This document shows positions 1 to 8,671 of a stretch of 26,260 bases of DNA, piece by piece. Where the stretch lies: the IMG/VR virus record IMGVR_UViG_3300005860_000102, positions 1-26,260 of that record. One strand, written 5' to 3'. This DNA comes from a virus. Taxonomy: Duplodnaviria; Caudoviricetes. The notes beneath the pieces were generated by a model that had not been told where the DNA came from, made no database searches, and saw only the letters and a list, made by a program, of their open reading frames with translations. A program made the position numbers and the translations under genes. How positions within the stretch are numbered: the first letter of the stretch is position 1; each line of letters opens with the position of its first letter.

Positions 1-30
1 CGCTCCGATGGCTGAAGGGGGTATGATGCC

Positions 31-1263
31 GTGAGGTACGTCAGTGGCCCCTATGTGCAAGGCCAACTCCTGCGCGACATCCATGAAATCGAAATCAGCC
101 TGACCCGGCGGTTCGAGCAGGGCGGCGCCATCACCGATGTGGCCGAGCAACGCTCATGGCGTGAGCGTATCGAGGATGCCAGTTTTGGCCGTAACACAGT
201 GATCTACGACGACCAGGGGAACCCCAGCGTGATGGTTGCTGTTCCCCTTATGACTGAGGCCGAATTGCTGGCGGGCGGGCGGAACATGCCCCATCCGGCG
301 TTCATCGTCAATGGGGTTGTCAAGCCCGTCATCTACATCGGCAAGTATCAAGCCATCACGGTGGGCTCCGGTACCACCCTGCGGGCTCTCAGCCTGCGCT
401 ACAAGGACCCCAAGGTTTACATCAACTTCGACGACGCCGTGCTGGCCTGCAAGCAGAAGGGTGCGGGTTGGCACCTCATGACGAATGCGGAGCGGGCGGC
501 GATCGCTCTCTGGTGCAAGAAGAACGGCTTCTGGCCCCGGGGCAACAACTCCTTCGGTAAGGACTGCTCCAGGACGGATGAGGTCGGCGTTCCGAGCTAC
601 TACTACGACTCGGGCGGAACAAAGTACATCGGGCGGGTGCTGACGGGTTCTGGTCCTGTGGCATGGACGCACGATGGTACACCGTTTGGGATTTGGGATC
701 TCAACGGCAATGTCTGGGAGTGGCTGGCCGGGCTGCGGCTACTGGACGGCGAGATCAACATCCTGGAAAACAACAACGCGGCAGACAACACCAAGGACCT
801 GAGCCGCACATCGGCGGAGTGGAAGGCCATCCTGCAGGATGGTTCGCTTGTCGCGCCTGGCACCGCGGGCACCCTAAAGTACGACTTCACCCTGGCACCC
901 ACGAACGATGGCGTCACCCAGGACCAGGGCAGCCCCATACTGCGCACCGCCCTTGTCAACGCCCCTGACCCCGCCTGGGGCTGGGGTGACGGCTACTACG
1001 ACTACGCCTTCGATCTCTTCCAGGCCGTCACCGCCGACACAGGGGTAACCGTGCCCAACCTGCTGAAGCTCCTCGGCATCTTCCCCATTGACACCGATCA
1101 CGGCGCAGACGGTTGCTACATCCGCAACTACGGCGAGCGGGTGGCGCTCTTCGGCGGCCTCTGGCTCCACGGCTCGGGCGCGGGGGTGTTCTCCGTCGAC
1201 CTCAACGACGCGCGGTCGCTCTCGAGCGGCGCCGTCGGCCTGCGCCCCGCGTTCGTTCCGTAA
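31..1263 (+). CDS. Mtd-like C-type lectin (FGE-sulfatase) fold protein; probable receptor-binding protein and DGR target
   Basis: Motifs HPAFIVNG...IYIGKYQA, GWHLMTNAE, GIWDLNGNVWEW and C-terminal GGxWxxGSxAGVFxxxLxxxRSxSxxxVGLRPAF; SD AAGGGGGT before GTG. Confidence 0.88.
   Translation: MRYVSGPYVQGQLLRDIHEIEISLTRRFEQGGAITDVAEQRSWRERIEDASFGRNTVIYDDQGNPSVMVAVPLMTEAELLAGGRNMPHPAFIVNGVVKPVIYIGKYQAITVGSGTTLRALSLRYKDPKVYINFDDAVLACKQKGAGWHLMTNAERAAIALWCKKNGFWPRGNNSFGKDCSRTDEVGVPSYYYDSGGTKYIGRVLTGSGPVAWTHDGTPFGIWDLNGNVWEWLAGLRLLDGEINILENNNAADNTKDLSRTSAEWKAILQDGSLVAPGTAGTLKYDFTLAPTNDGVTQDQGSPILRTALVNAPDPAWGWGDGYYDYAFDLFQAVTADTGVTVPNLLKLLGIFPIDTDHGADGCYIRNYGERVALFGGLWLHGSGAGVFSVDLNDARSLSSGAVGLRPAFVP
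1135..1260 (+). other. DGR variable region (VR)
   Basis: Only 6 A in 1141-1260; codons at the positions that are AAC in typical template repeats are all NNC (ctc, ctc, cac, ggc, gac, aac, gac, ctc, agc, ggc, gcc). Confidence 0.75.
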
Positions 1264-1310
1264 TCTGGGTTCTGGGCTCTGGAATCTGGTCTGGGAGGGA
1301 CAGGCTCTGG
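1264..1310 (+). repeat. TCTGG short repeats directly 3' of VR (IMH-like cis element)
   Basis: TCTGG at 1264, 1271, 1278, 1285 (7-nt period), 1290 and 1306. Confidence 0.7.
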
Positions 1311-1354
1311 ATCAGGCACAGAACCTGAAGATCCTGGAGCGGCAGGGATTTTGA
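1307..1354 (+). pseudogene. Probable truncated avd (DGR accessory protein) 5' fragment
   Basis: SD GGGAGGG (1293-1299), CTG start, peptide (M)DQAQNLKILERQGF* resembling the LKILxK N-terminus of Avd, at the position where avd normally follows the target gene. Confidence 0.5.
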
Positions 1355-1381
1355 CCTAACGGGGAGGCGTTAGTTGAAGAA

Positions 1382-1409
1382 GCCGCCTTTGGGCGGCGGT
1401 TTGTGTTTT
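1382..1409 (+). terminator. Putative intrinsic terminator
   Basis: GCCGCC-TTTG-GGCGGC hairpin followed by GGTTTGTGTTTT; short stem, imperfect U tract. Confidence 0.45.
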
Positions 1410-1425
1410 GTGGGGGGTGATGATC

Positions 1426-1617
1426 TTGCCCCTGAAGGGTGGGTATAGCAGGGAAGCGATAAGTAGTCGGATTTCCCAATTGATGAAAGAGGGGTACGAT
1501 CAGCGCCAGGCGGTCGCCATCAGTCTGTCGCAGGCCCGCAAGGCTGCCGAGAAGATTTCCGACCCGAAGCGGCGTGCGGCGATCATGAGGAAGCTGTCCA
1601 AAGGAGGCCGTAAGTGA
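1426..1617 (+). CDS. Small basic conserved phage protein (MPLKxGxS...QAVAIxLSxAR type)
   Basis: TTG start after SD GGGGGTGA; sequence MPLKGGYSREAISSRISQLMKEGYDQRQAVAISLSQARK matches a recurrent small phage head-region family as recalled. Confidence 0.75.
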   Translation: MPLKGGYSREAISSRISQLMKEGYDQRQAVAISLSQARKAAEKISDPKRRAAIMRKLSKGGRK

Positions 1618-1838
1618 TGGTCTGGCGTCTTGTTGAGAGGCCCGAAGCGCGGTCGGTGTGTGTTCTCTGCCGCCGCTTCACGGAGGCGCAGTTTCTGGAC
1701 AACGGCATCGACGTGCTGTGCCTGAAGTGCGCCCAGGAGATTGCGATTGCGCTTTCCGCCAAGGGCGAACTGCCGCAACAGGAGGAAGCGCAAACGTTTT
1801 CGCGCCGCCGGAGGAAGGAAGTGAATGTGAGTGAGTGA
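1614..1838 (+). CDS. Small putative zinc-binding protein
   Basis: CVLC...CLKC motifs; SD AAGGAGG; overlaps upstream stop. Confidence 0.7.
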   Translation: MMVWRLVERPEARSVCVLCRRFTEAQFLDNGIDVLCLKCAQEIAIALSAKGELPQQEEAQTFSRRRRKEVNVSE

Positions 1839-2100
1839 CGTGATGTTCTTGATACTGCTCCTGTTTGCGTCCTGGGTCGCGGGTTTCGGCGCGTACATCT
1901 GGCGCGACCACAGGCAGTGGGACAGGGTGTACGGGCTGGTAGCCGAGTGGGATGTCGAGCGGCGCGACCTGCTGAACCGGCTCATGGCGCGTGATTTCGT
2001 GCAGTACGCGCAGTACGAGGCGGCGCAGAAGTATGGCGACGTGCTGAAGCAGGCGATGCAGGAAGGCAGGCCACCCGAGGACGAGGGGGTGGGTTTGTAA
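1831..2100 (+). CDS. Hypothetical protein with N-terminal transmembrane helix
   Basis: VMFLILLLFASWVAGFGAYIW hydrophobic stretch; overlapping neighbours on both sides. Confidence 0.7.
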   Translation: MSDVMFLILLLFASWVAGFGAYIWRDHRQWDRVYGLVAEWDVERRDLLNRLMARDFVQYAQYEAAQKYGDVLKQAMQEGRPPEDEGVGL

Positions 2101-3014
2101 TGCCGCAAGTGGAACTGCGAGAGTGGGGCCCTAAATACGATGTTACACCTGCGCAGGCCAGGCGGATGTTTCCAGGGCTGCCGACTGCGACAGCGTTGGC
2201 TGCTGCACGCAAGCGGTTGATACAGCAAAAGGCAGGTGCAGGATTCGATACGCGACCTATAAAGACCCAGATCGCTCCAACTACTCCACCGCCGAAGACA
2301 CAAACGGCTCCAAGTACTCCTCCGCCTGCCAGCTCGATGACGCCTCTATCCACCAGTGCAACACAACTGCCCATCAGTACTGCTCCTGAGGGGACGAGCG
2401 CGCGTGCTCCCACCATTGTACCGATGCCTCCTCTGCCTGAAGGGCCAACGGCTGGGGAACCGCAACCCCCAGAAGTTTCACGGGAGCCTGCGCCCGAATC
2501 GCTGGAGTCGTTCATCAGATCATCGGTTTCTGCACCAGCAGCAACTGCGCCAAAGGTGGAAACTCCCAAGACAGAGTGGCGGCAGGTTTATACACCGCCA
2601 CCTGCGCCCAAGGTGGAGCCGCCTGCGCCACCGCCTCCTGAGGCCATAAGGGGGCCTGTGCCAGTAGAGGGAGTTAAACCTGTTGAGGTTCCCCCTGCTG
2701 AGACAGCCACAACTCCGCCTCCGAGGGGGCCTGCTGGCTTTGAGCGTGAGGTGCCGCTGGCGGTTGGCTTCACACTTCCTTCGGTGGATCGGTTGCTGGA
2801 GATCTGGCGTGAGGTAGGCGGTACGAGTCTGGTGCCGGAACGGGAGTTCCGTGCGTGGCTTGAGCACCCGCAGGGCCAGCGTGTGCTGGCTGGCAGGATA
2901 CCGATGTGGATGGCGGCTGACCCGATTTACCGCCTGTGGCTGATGCGGGCTGGGCTCCTGCGGCCAGAGGAGACGGCGAGGGAGAGGGCGATTCGAGAAA
3001 GGTTGGGTGGGTAA
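2100..3014 (+). CDS. Pro/Thr/Ala-rich hypothetical protein with small folded C-terminal region
   Basis: 304-aa ORF, TAATG coupling to upstream gene, ends 3 nt before the portal start. Confidence 0.7.
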   Translation: MPQVELREWGPKYDVTPAQARRMFPGLPTATALAAARKRLIQQKAGAGFDTRPIKTQIAPTTPPPKTQTAPSTPPPASSMTPLSTSATQLPISTAPEGTSARAPTIVPMPPLPEGPTAGEPQPPEVSREPAPESLESFIRSSVSAPAATAPKVETPKTEWRQVYTPPPAPKVEPPAPPPPEAIRGPVPVEGVKPVEVPPAETATTPPPRGPAGFEREVPLAVGFTLPSVDRLLEIWREVGGTSLVPEREFRAWLEHPQGQRVLAGRIPMWMAADPIYRLWLMRAGLLRPEETARERAIRERLGG

Positions 3015-3017
3015 GCC

Positions 3018-4829
3018 ATGCTGAGTCTGGGTGAGGTGCAGAAGCGGTACAGCGCGGCGAAAGCGGCAAGGGATGCGCACCGCCCGAACTGGGTCTACAA
3101 CGTTGCGTTCTACCGTGGCGACCAGTGGGTGGTGTTCGACCGCATTGCTGGCATACTGCGCTCTGCCGTCCTGCGCTATCCCAGGATGCGCTACCAGTCC
3201 AACCTGATTCAGCCCAGGGTGTGGATGCTCTATGCTCGGCTTGCGAGGGCCGAACCCAGGTACCGCGTGGCCGTGACGGGCACGCAGCCCGAGAAGCTGG
3301 CGAAGGCCAAGGGTGCCCACACCATGCTCACGTACTTCTGGCAGTCCAACGGCTACCGCGAGGTGTTTGCGGATGCCCTCCTGTGGGCTGCGCTCACGGG
3401 TACGGGGATCGTCAAGGTGCTGTTCGACCCGACCGGGGGCGATGAGGTGGAGACCGCGGAGGGCGTCTACCACACGGGCACGGTGCTGATGGATTCCTGC
3501 TCACCGCATGAAGTGTTTGTTGATCCGCTGGCCCGCTCGTTCGAGGAGGCATCCTGGGTGATCCACGAGCGCGTGTTTGCGGTGGATTACGTCAAGGAGC
3601 GGTGGGGACAGGAGGTGTCCTCCGAGGACGTGACGGTGATGGGCTTCTACGGTGAGACCAAGCCCATTGCCAGGGTGCCAGGGGCAACGGTGAAGGTGAC
3701 GCGGGTGCGGGAGTTCTGGATGAGGCCGTGCGACAGCCACCCCGAGGGCCAGTACATGGTCTACGCGGGCAACACAGTGCTGTATGATGGCCCGAATCCC
3801 TACGCGGACGCCAAGGTGCCGATGCCGTTCGTGCGGTTGAGGTGGCTGAGGGTGCCTGGGCAGTTCTGGGGCGAGTCGCCCGTGACGGCGCTGAGGCCGA
3901 TCAACGTGATGTACAACCTCATTCGCTCCGACATCTTGGAGAACATGATAAAGCTCTCGAATCCGCTCCTCATTGCGCCTCTCAACGCTTTCCTGACGCC
4001 GCCCGAGTTCGAGCCTGGCGAGGTGCTGTACTACAACCCGATGATTCCAGGATCACTCACCCCTGTTCAAATCCAGCCGTTCCCGCCGCACTCGGTTGAC
4101 ATGCTCCTGCGGCTCCAGCAGGAGGCGGATGACGTGGCGGGAGTGTCCGAAGTGGCACGCGGTAGGGTACCGCGCGGGGCGCGGTCGGGTGAGATGATCG
4201 GGTACATGGTGGAGCAGGACGACACCCGCATGTACCCCGTGGTGGCCGAGTACGAGAACGCCGTTGCAGACGCGCTCAACATGGTGTTGCGGCTGGCGAG
4301 GCACTTCATCGAATTGCCACTGGTGCTCAGGGTGCTCGGTCCCGAGAAGCACTACGAGGCCGAGGTGTTCAGGGCGAAGGACATTCCGCCCGATGCGGAC
4401 GTGAGGGTGGAGCCCGGGTCGGCTTTGCCGCATTCGGCAGCCCTGATGCAGCAGCTTGCATTCCAGTTGTGGGATCGCGGCATCATTCGCGATCCTGCCC
4501 TTGTTGTGCGGCTGTCGAAGTGGGGTGCGTTCGAGGAAGCGGTGGGTGATGTTGAGCTTGACACCGCCCAGGCTCAGCGCGAGGTGGAGCGGCTGAAGGC
4601 TGGCAAGAGCATCGAGGTGGAGGACTGGCACAATCACATAGTCCACATCTCGGAGCACCAGAGGTGGATGAAGACGGTGGACTATGAGGATGCCTCTGAT
4701 GCGGTGAAGCAGGCAATGCGGGCGCACCTTGACGCCCATATGCAGTATGTCGGCAGGCAGTTGCAACAGATGGCGGGAGGAGGTGAATCTGTTGGCCGAA
4801 GCAGCCGTAGAAGACCGCATGCCGCTTGA
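3018..4829 (+). CDS. Portal protein (podovirus/P22-like)
   Basis: 603 aa; AFYRGDQW, NLIQPRV, GTGIVKVLFDP, SPHEVFVDPLA, FWGESPVTAL pattern; position before scaffold and capsid. Confidence 0.88.
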   Translation: MLSLGEVQKRYSAAKAARDAHRPNWVYNVAFYRGDQWVVFDRIAGILRSAVLRYPRMRYQSNLIQPRVWMLYARLARAEPRYRVAVTGTQPEKLAKAKGAHTMLTYFWQSNGYREVFADALLWAALTGTGIVKVLFDPTGGDEVETAEGVYHTGTVLMDSCSPHEVFVDPLARSFEEASWVIHERVFAVDYVKERWGQEVSSEDVTVMGFYGETKPIARVPGATVKVTRVREFWMRPCDSHPEGQYMVYAGNTVLYDGPNPYADAKVPMPFVRLRWLRVPGQFWGESPVTALRPINVMYNLIRSDILENMIKLSNPLLIAPLNAFLTPPEFEPGEVLYYNPMIPGSLTPVQIQPFPPHSVDMLLRLQQEADDVAGVSEVARGRVPRGARSGEMIGYMVEQDDTRMYPVVAEYENAVADALNMVLRLARHFIELPLVLRVLGPEKHYEAEVFRAKDIPPDADVRVEPGSALPHSAALMQQLAFQLWDRGIIRDPALVVRLSKWGAFEEAVGDVELDTAQAQREVERLKAGKSIEVEDWHNHIVHISEHQRWMKTVDYEDASDAVKQAMRAHLDAHMQYVGRQLQQMAGGGESVGRSSRRRPHAA

Positions 4830-5526
4830 TCTGCTGAAGACGGCGGCGACACCCGAGGCAAGCGAACCGCCCGCATCCGACAAGGAGCAGGCGGTTCGCG
4901 ATTTTATGGCCCTCCTTGACGCCAACCCCGGCCTGGGAGCGGCCATAGCGGATTTCATCGAGCAGTACCTGACGCGAGGAGGTGGAAGAGTGGCGACTGA
5001 AACGGCGGCACCCGTTGCCGCAGGTGTTCCTGGCGTTGCGCCTGGCGTGGCGGCTCCTGCTACCGCACCTGCTCCTGGGGCTGGCGCACCGCAGGGCGGG
5101 TTTGATCTCCAGGCGTTGGCTCAGAGGCTGGAGGCCCTGGAGTCTGGGCACGCCAGTCTCATGCTGGAGCGGGAGATTCAGGAGGCGCGGCAGGTGTACG
5201 ACGTGCTGAAGAAGGAGATGCCGTTCCTGCCCGAGTTCAACGAGCAGGAAATCCTCCAGTACGTTCTGGAGCACAACGGCATCCCCGTGGCGAAGGCCGT
5301 GAAGTTGTGGGCGATTGAGAAGGCGCTGGAAGGCGAGGGCGGGCTGGCCGACAGGCTGATTGCCGAGAGGATGAAGCAGAGGCAGGCCGAGATGCCGCCC
5401 AAGCCGATGGCTCACGCTGGTGCGCCTGCTGGTGCAGAGCAGAGGAAGATGCCCGAGAAGCGCACCGACTGGCTTCGCGAGGCCCGCGAAGCCTTTTTCT
5501 CGCGCTTCGGGCAGTTAGCGACCTAA
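4792..5526 (+). CDS. Putative capsid scaffolding protein (possible second start at 4990)
   Basis: SD GGAGGAGGTG then TTG 4792; helical, Ala/Pro linker, C-terminal REAREAFF helix; lies between portal and capsid. Confidence 0.7.
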   Translation: MAEAAVEDRMPLDLLKTAATPEASEPPASDKEQAVRDFMALLDANPGLGAAIADFIEQYLTRGGGRVATETAAPVAAGVPGVAPGVAAPATAPAPGAGAPQGGFDLQALAQRLEALESGHASLMLEREIQEARQVYDVLKKEMPFLPEFNEQEILQYVLEHNGIPVAKAVKLWAIEKALEGEGGLADRLIAERMKQRQAEMPPKPMAHAGAPAGAEQRKMPEKRTDWLREAREAFFSRFGQLAT

Positions 5527-5546
5527 ACACAGAGGAGGGATAGCGT

Positions 5547-6740
5547 ATGCCTTTGACGACCAACGTTGCGTATTACGATTGGGCACTGAAGGAGGTATAT
5601 GGCGACAGATTACTGATCCAGTTCATCCGCAACAAGCCGTTGCTGGAGAAGCTGGAGCGTTCGTCCGACTTCCTTGACGTGTCCGGCAAGTACCTTGTGT
5701 GGAGCGTACCCTTGCAGTACGCGCAGTCCTTCGGCGTGCTGGGTGAGTACGACACTGCCACTGCGCCCACCCGTTCGCGCGGCAAGCAGGCGAAGGTGGG
5801 CACGGTGCAACACATCGCGCAGTTGCAGATTTCCCGTCGCGCGATTGAAGCGTCGAACAGCCGCGAGGCTGCCTGGCAGAACATCAAGCAGCTTGAGGTG
5901 GAGTCGCTGATCGAGGGCCTGCGGCAGCACATCAACCGCGCCCTGTTTGCGGATGGTACTGGCACTTTGGCGACCTGCGGTGCGATGGCTGCGGCCGGCA
6001 ACACGATCCCCGTGAGCGACACGACCTACCTGTTCGAGGACATGTACGTCGACATCTACAACATCACCAACGACACCGCCCTCGCCACCCAGCGGCAGGT
6101 GACTGCGGTAGACACGGTCAACAAGACGATCACCATTTCTGGTACGGCTGTGCAGACCACGGCCAACCACGTTGTGGTGCGCTCTGGCTCCTACAAGGCC
6201 GAGATCGACGGCCTCGCCAAGATCGTGCAACCCACGGGTGCCTTGGCCGAGATCAACCCTGCCGATCCCGGATGCCGCAACTGGGCGGCCTACCGCGACA
6301 CCGCGGGTGGTAACGTGTCGGTGTCGCTCTTGCAGAAGCCCTTCCAGTTCATCCAGGTGCGCGGTGGCAATCCCAACCTCATCGTGGCGGGTCAGAACGC
6401 CTACAACGCGATGGCGACGTACCTCGAATCGCAGAAGCGCATCCCGGTGGAGGGCACCGTGCAACTCCCCGGCGGTCTGCGCGGCCTATCCTGGAACGGC
6501 GTGGAGTGCTACCTCGACCTCGACTGCCCGAGCAACACCATCTACATCCTCGACCTCAGCGCGATCTGCTTCGGGCAGGTGGGCGAGCCTGGATGGATCA
6601 GCTTCCCGGACGGTGAGGGAGACTACAAGCTCTTGCATTACGTGCCCCGCACGACCACCTATGAGGCTATGTGGGTATGGGATTTTAACACTGTTTGCCT
6701 CTACAGGAATAGGTTGGCAGCGGTGGACAACGTGTCGTGA
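5547..6740 (+). CDS. Major capsid protein (HK97 fold expected)
   Basis: 397 aa, SD GAGGAGG, strongly C/G-ending codon bias, INRALFADGTG and EIDGLAKIV motifs, followed by a strong hairpin. Confidence 0.88.
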   Translation: MPLTTNVAYYDWALKEVYGDRLLIQFIRNKPLLEKLERSSDFLDVSGKYLVWSVPLQYAQSFGVLGEYDTATAPTRSRGKQAKVGTVQHIAQLQISRRAIEASNSREAAWQNIKQLEVESLIEGLRQHINRALFADGTGTLATCGAMAAAGNTIPVSDTTYLFEDMYVDIYNITNDTALATQRQVTAVDTVNKTITISGTAVQTTANHVVVRSGSYKAEIDGLAKIVQPTGALAEINPADPGCRNWAAYRDTAGGNVSVSLLQKPFQFIQVRGGNPNLIVAGQNAYNAMATYLESQKRIPVEGTVQLPGGLRGLSWNGVECYLDLDCPSNTIYILDLSAICFGQVGEPGWISFPDGEGDYKLLHYVPRTTTYEAMWVWDFNTVCLYRNRLAAVDNVS

Positions 6741-6756
6741 GTAGGTAACTAGAAGC

Positions 6757-6793
6757 GAAAGGGGAGCCAGTAACCTGGCTCCCCTTTCATTTT
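6757..6793 (+). terminator. Intrinsic terminator after capsid gene
   Basis: Perfect 14-bp stem GAAAGGGGAGCCAG-TAAC-CTGGCTCCCCTTTC followed by ATTTT. Confidence 0.8.
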
Positions 6794-6805
6794 GGGGGGA
6801 TTGTT

Positions 6806-7672
6806 CTGCAAAAACTAACTTGGCCTTGGGTAGCGGGTTTCCTTGACGGCGATGGTGCTATTTTCCCGTCTGTTGCTCGGAGGCAACCCTATCTGTTGTA
6901 CAAACCGCGCTGTGAATTTACCAACAAGAGTAAGCGCGTTCTTCAATGCATCGCTTCTGTACTTGATGGCGAGGGTATTCCATATCGCATCTGGACTGAC
7001 GATAGGGCTAAGAACAAGAATCCAACGCACACGCTACAAGTTTGCGGTTTTGATGGCACCTATCGCCTCTTGGAAAAGTTGCACCCCTACCTAGTCGGTA
7101 AACGGCGGGTGGCTGAGTTAACCCTGCAATGGTGCAAACGCCGCCTGAGCCTACCCCACAAAGCACCGCAGGACGAAAACGACTTTGCGTATGTGGAGGC
7201 CATAAGGGAAGCCAACCGCACACCCTGCGAACGGGTTCCCGACCTATCCGAAGAAGATGCCCTGCATTGGTTTGCGGGCTTCTTCGATGCGGAAGGGAGT
7301 ATCCGCGCTGTTCTCCGCCCAGAACTCTGCAACGCACTATCGTTCTTTGTGGATGTAACCAGCGCGGATCGGGCAAACCTTGCGGTTGCGAAGCGTGTGT
7401 GCCAGCGTCTGGGTGTTGCAATGCAGTGGGTATCCGACAAGCACTACATTAACAACTCCCAGCGCGTTCCTGCGTGGAGATTGCAAGCGCAGCGGCGTGC
7501 TGACATTCAGGCGTTGCTGGAGGCTCTAGCACCGCTATTGGTTGTCAAGGCCGAGCAGGCCCGTCTGGTTCTGGATTGGTTCCGCCAACACCCTGCTGGG
7601 CGTGGGCATAGCGAGCTAGCGGATCGGTTGGCTCTTCTAGAGGCTCTGCGTAGCCTCAAAGACGCTGCCTAA
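6806..7672 (+). CDS. Free-standing two-motif LAGLIDADG homing endonuclease
   Basis: Frame is open from 6749; motif 1 WVAGFLDGDGAI lies upstream of the ORF-track start (6896), motif 2 is WFAGFFDAEGSI; likely CTG start at 6806 after GGGGGGA. Confidence 0.88.
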   Translation: MQKLTWPWVAGFLDGDGAIFPSVARRQPYLLYKPRCEFTNKSKRVLQCIASVLDGEGIPYRIWTDDRAKNKNPTHTLQVCGFDGTYRLLEKLHPYLVGKRRVAELTLQWCKRRLSLPHKAPQDENDFAYVEAIREANRTPCERVPDLSEEDALHWFAGFFDAEGSIRAVLRPELCNALSFFVDVTSADRANLAVAKRVCQRLGVAMQWVSDKHYINNSQRVPAWRLQAQRRADIQALLEALAPLLVVKAEQARLVLDWFRQHPAGRGHSELADRLALLEALRSLKDAA

Positions 7673-7687
7673 CCGGAGGGAATGCGG

Positions 7688-8059
7688 ATGAAGTACGCAA
7701 TTGAGACACATCCCCTCGACATCCCCCAGCGTCTCCGTGAGATTGATCCCGAACTTCGGGTAGTTTACGACTCCGAGCAGGATTGCTACGAAGTATGGGG
7801 TGTTGACGCAAGCAACACGCCCTACATTCTCGGCAAGTGGAAGTCTCTCGACTATCGGGTGATCGTTGCGATTATGCAAGCCTACTACATCGCCCGTTCC
7901 ACCGGTCGCCCCTACAAGCACATGCTCCTCGAGCAGAAGCGGCACAATGAGCGGCTGGAGGAGCAGCGGCGGAAGGAGCTTGCCGAGATTGGGCGGGCGA
8001 TGCGGGAAGACATGCGTTTCCTGTTCCAGAAGCTGTGGCCCGGATGGAGGGCGGCGTGA
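7688..8059 (+). CDS. Conserved phage hypothetical protein (head-completion region)
   Basis: SD GGAGGG 7 nt upstream; abuts the next gene. Confidence 0.75.
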   Translation: MKYAIETHPLDIPQRLREIDPELRVVYDSEQDCYEVWGVDASNTPYILGKWKSLDYRVIVAIMQAYYIARSTGRPYKHMLLEQKRHNERLEEQRRKELAEIGRAMREDMRFLFQKLWPGWRAA

Positions 8060-8668
8060 ATGGCACTTACGCTTTCTCAGTTGATCTCAGCCGTGCGGGA
8101 GGAGGCACGCGACCCCTCTTCTGTGCGGTGGTCCGATGTGACCATCACGCGTTACCTGAACGACGGGCAAAGGGAGTTAGCCCAGCTTTCCCGCAAGCTG
8201 AACGTATGGGAGTCTTCCGTGGCCGCCAACACGCAGAGTGTCGCCATGCCTGCCGATATGCTCTTTCTGCGCGAGGCGGCCTGGCAGCAGATCAACCAGA
8301 AGTGGGGGCTGGACATCCGCTACGGCACACCGCGTGTTGAGCCTGATGAGAAGGGCGATCCGCTGTACGTCTATGTTGTCGGTGGCGTGCTGGTGCTCGT
8401 TCCTATCCCGTGGACTGCGGGGACGCTGATTCTTGCTGGCACACCCAAGCCGGTGGACATGGCGAACGCTACCGACACGCCGTCCCTGGAGGACTGCGAT
8501 TCCGCCCTGATTGCCTACGCGACGTACCGTTGCCTGCTTGCCGATGGCGACCCGATGGCGGCGGCGAGAAAGCAGGAGTGGGAGGAGTTGAAGAACGCGT
8601 GGGTGATAGCCGACGCGCAGCGCAACCCGATGCCGAAGGTGCTGAGGCGGCGCGAGTGGTGGTGGTGA
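8060..8668 (+). CDS. Head-to-tail adaptor (tail tubular A-like)
   Basis: LSQLISAVREEARD...RWSDxxITRYLNDGQRELA N-terminus and ALIAYATYRCL C-terminus; precedes nozzle. Confidence 0.8.
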   Translation: MALTLSQLISAVREEARDPSSVRWSDVTITRYLNDGQRELAQLSRKLNVWESSVAANTQSVAMPADMLFLREAAWQQINQKWGLDIRYGTPRVEPDEKGDPLYVYVVGGVLVLVPIPWTAGTLILAGTPKPVDMANATDTPSLEDCDSALIAYATYRCLLADGDPMAAARKQEWEELKNAWVIADAQRNPMPKVLRRREWWW

Positions 8669-8671
8669 AGT

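Noticed and set aside
1264-1310. TCTGG repeats as a CRISPR array
   Set aside because: Units are 5 nt with 0-2 nt gaps for most; there are no spacers and no cas genes.
1356-1373. CTAACG-GGGAGG-CGTTAG hairpin as the DGR homing hairpin
   Set aside because: Only 6 bp, and it lies beyond the inferred deletion point, so it cannot be tied to the DGR.
6741-7680. Group I intron or intein interrupting the capsid gene
   Set aside because: The capsid ORF ends with a plausible C-terminus and terminator; no second exon, intron core or intein splice motifs were seen.
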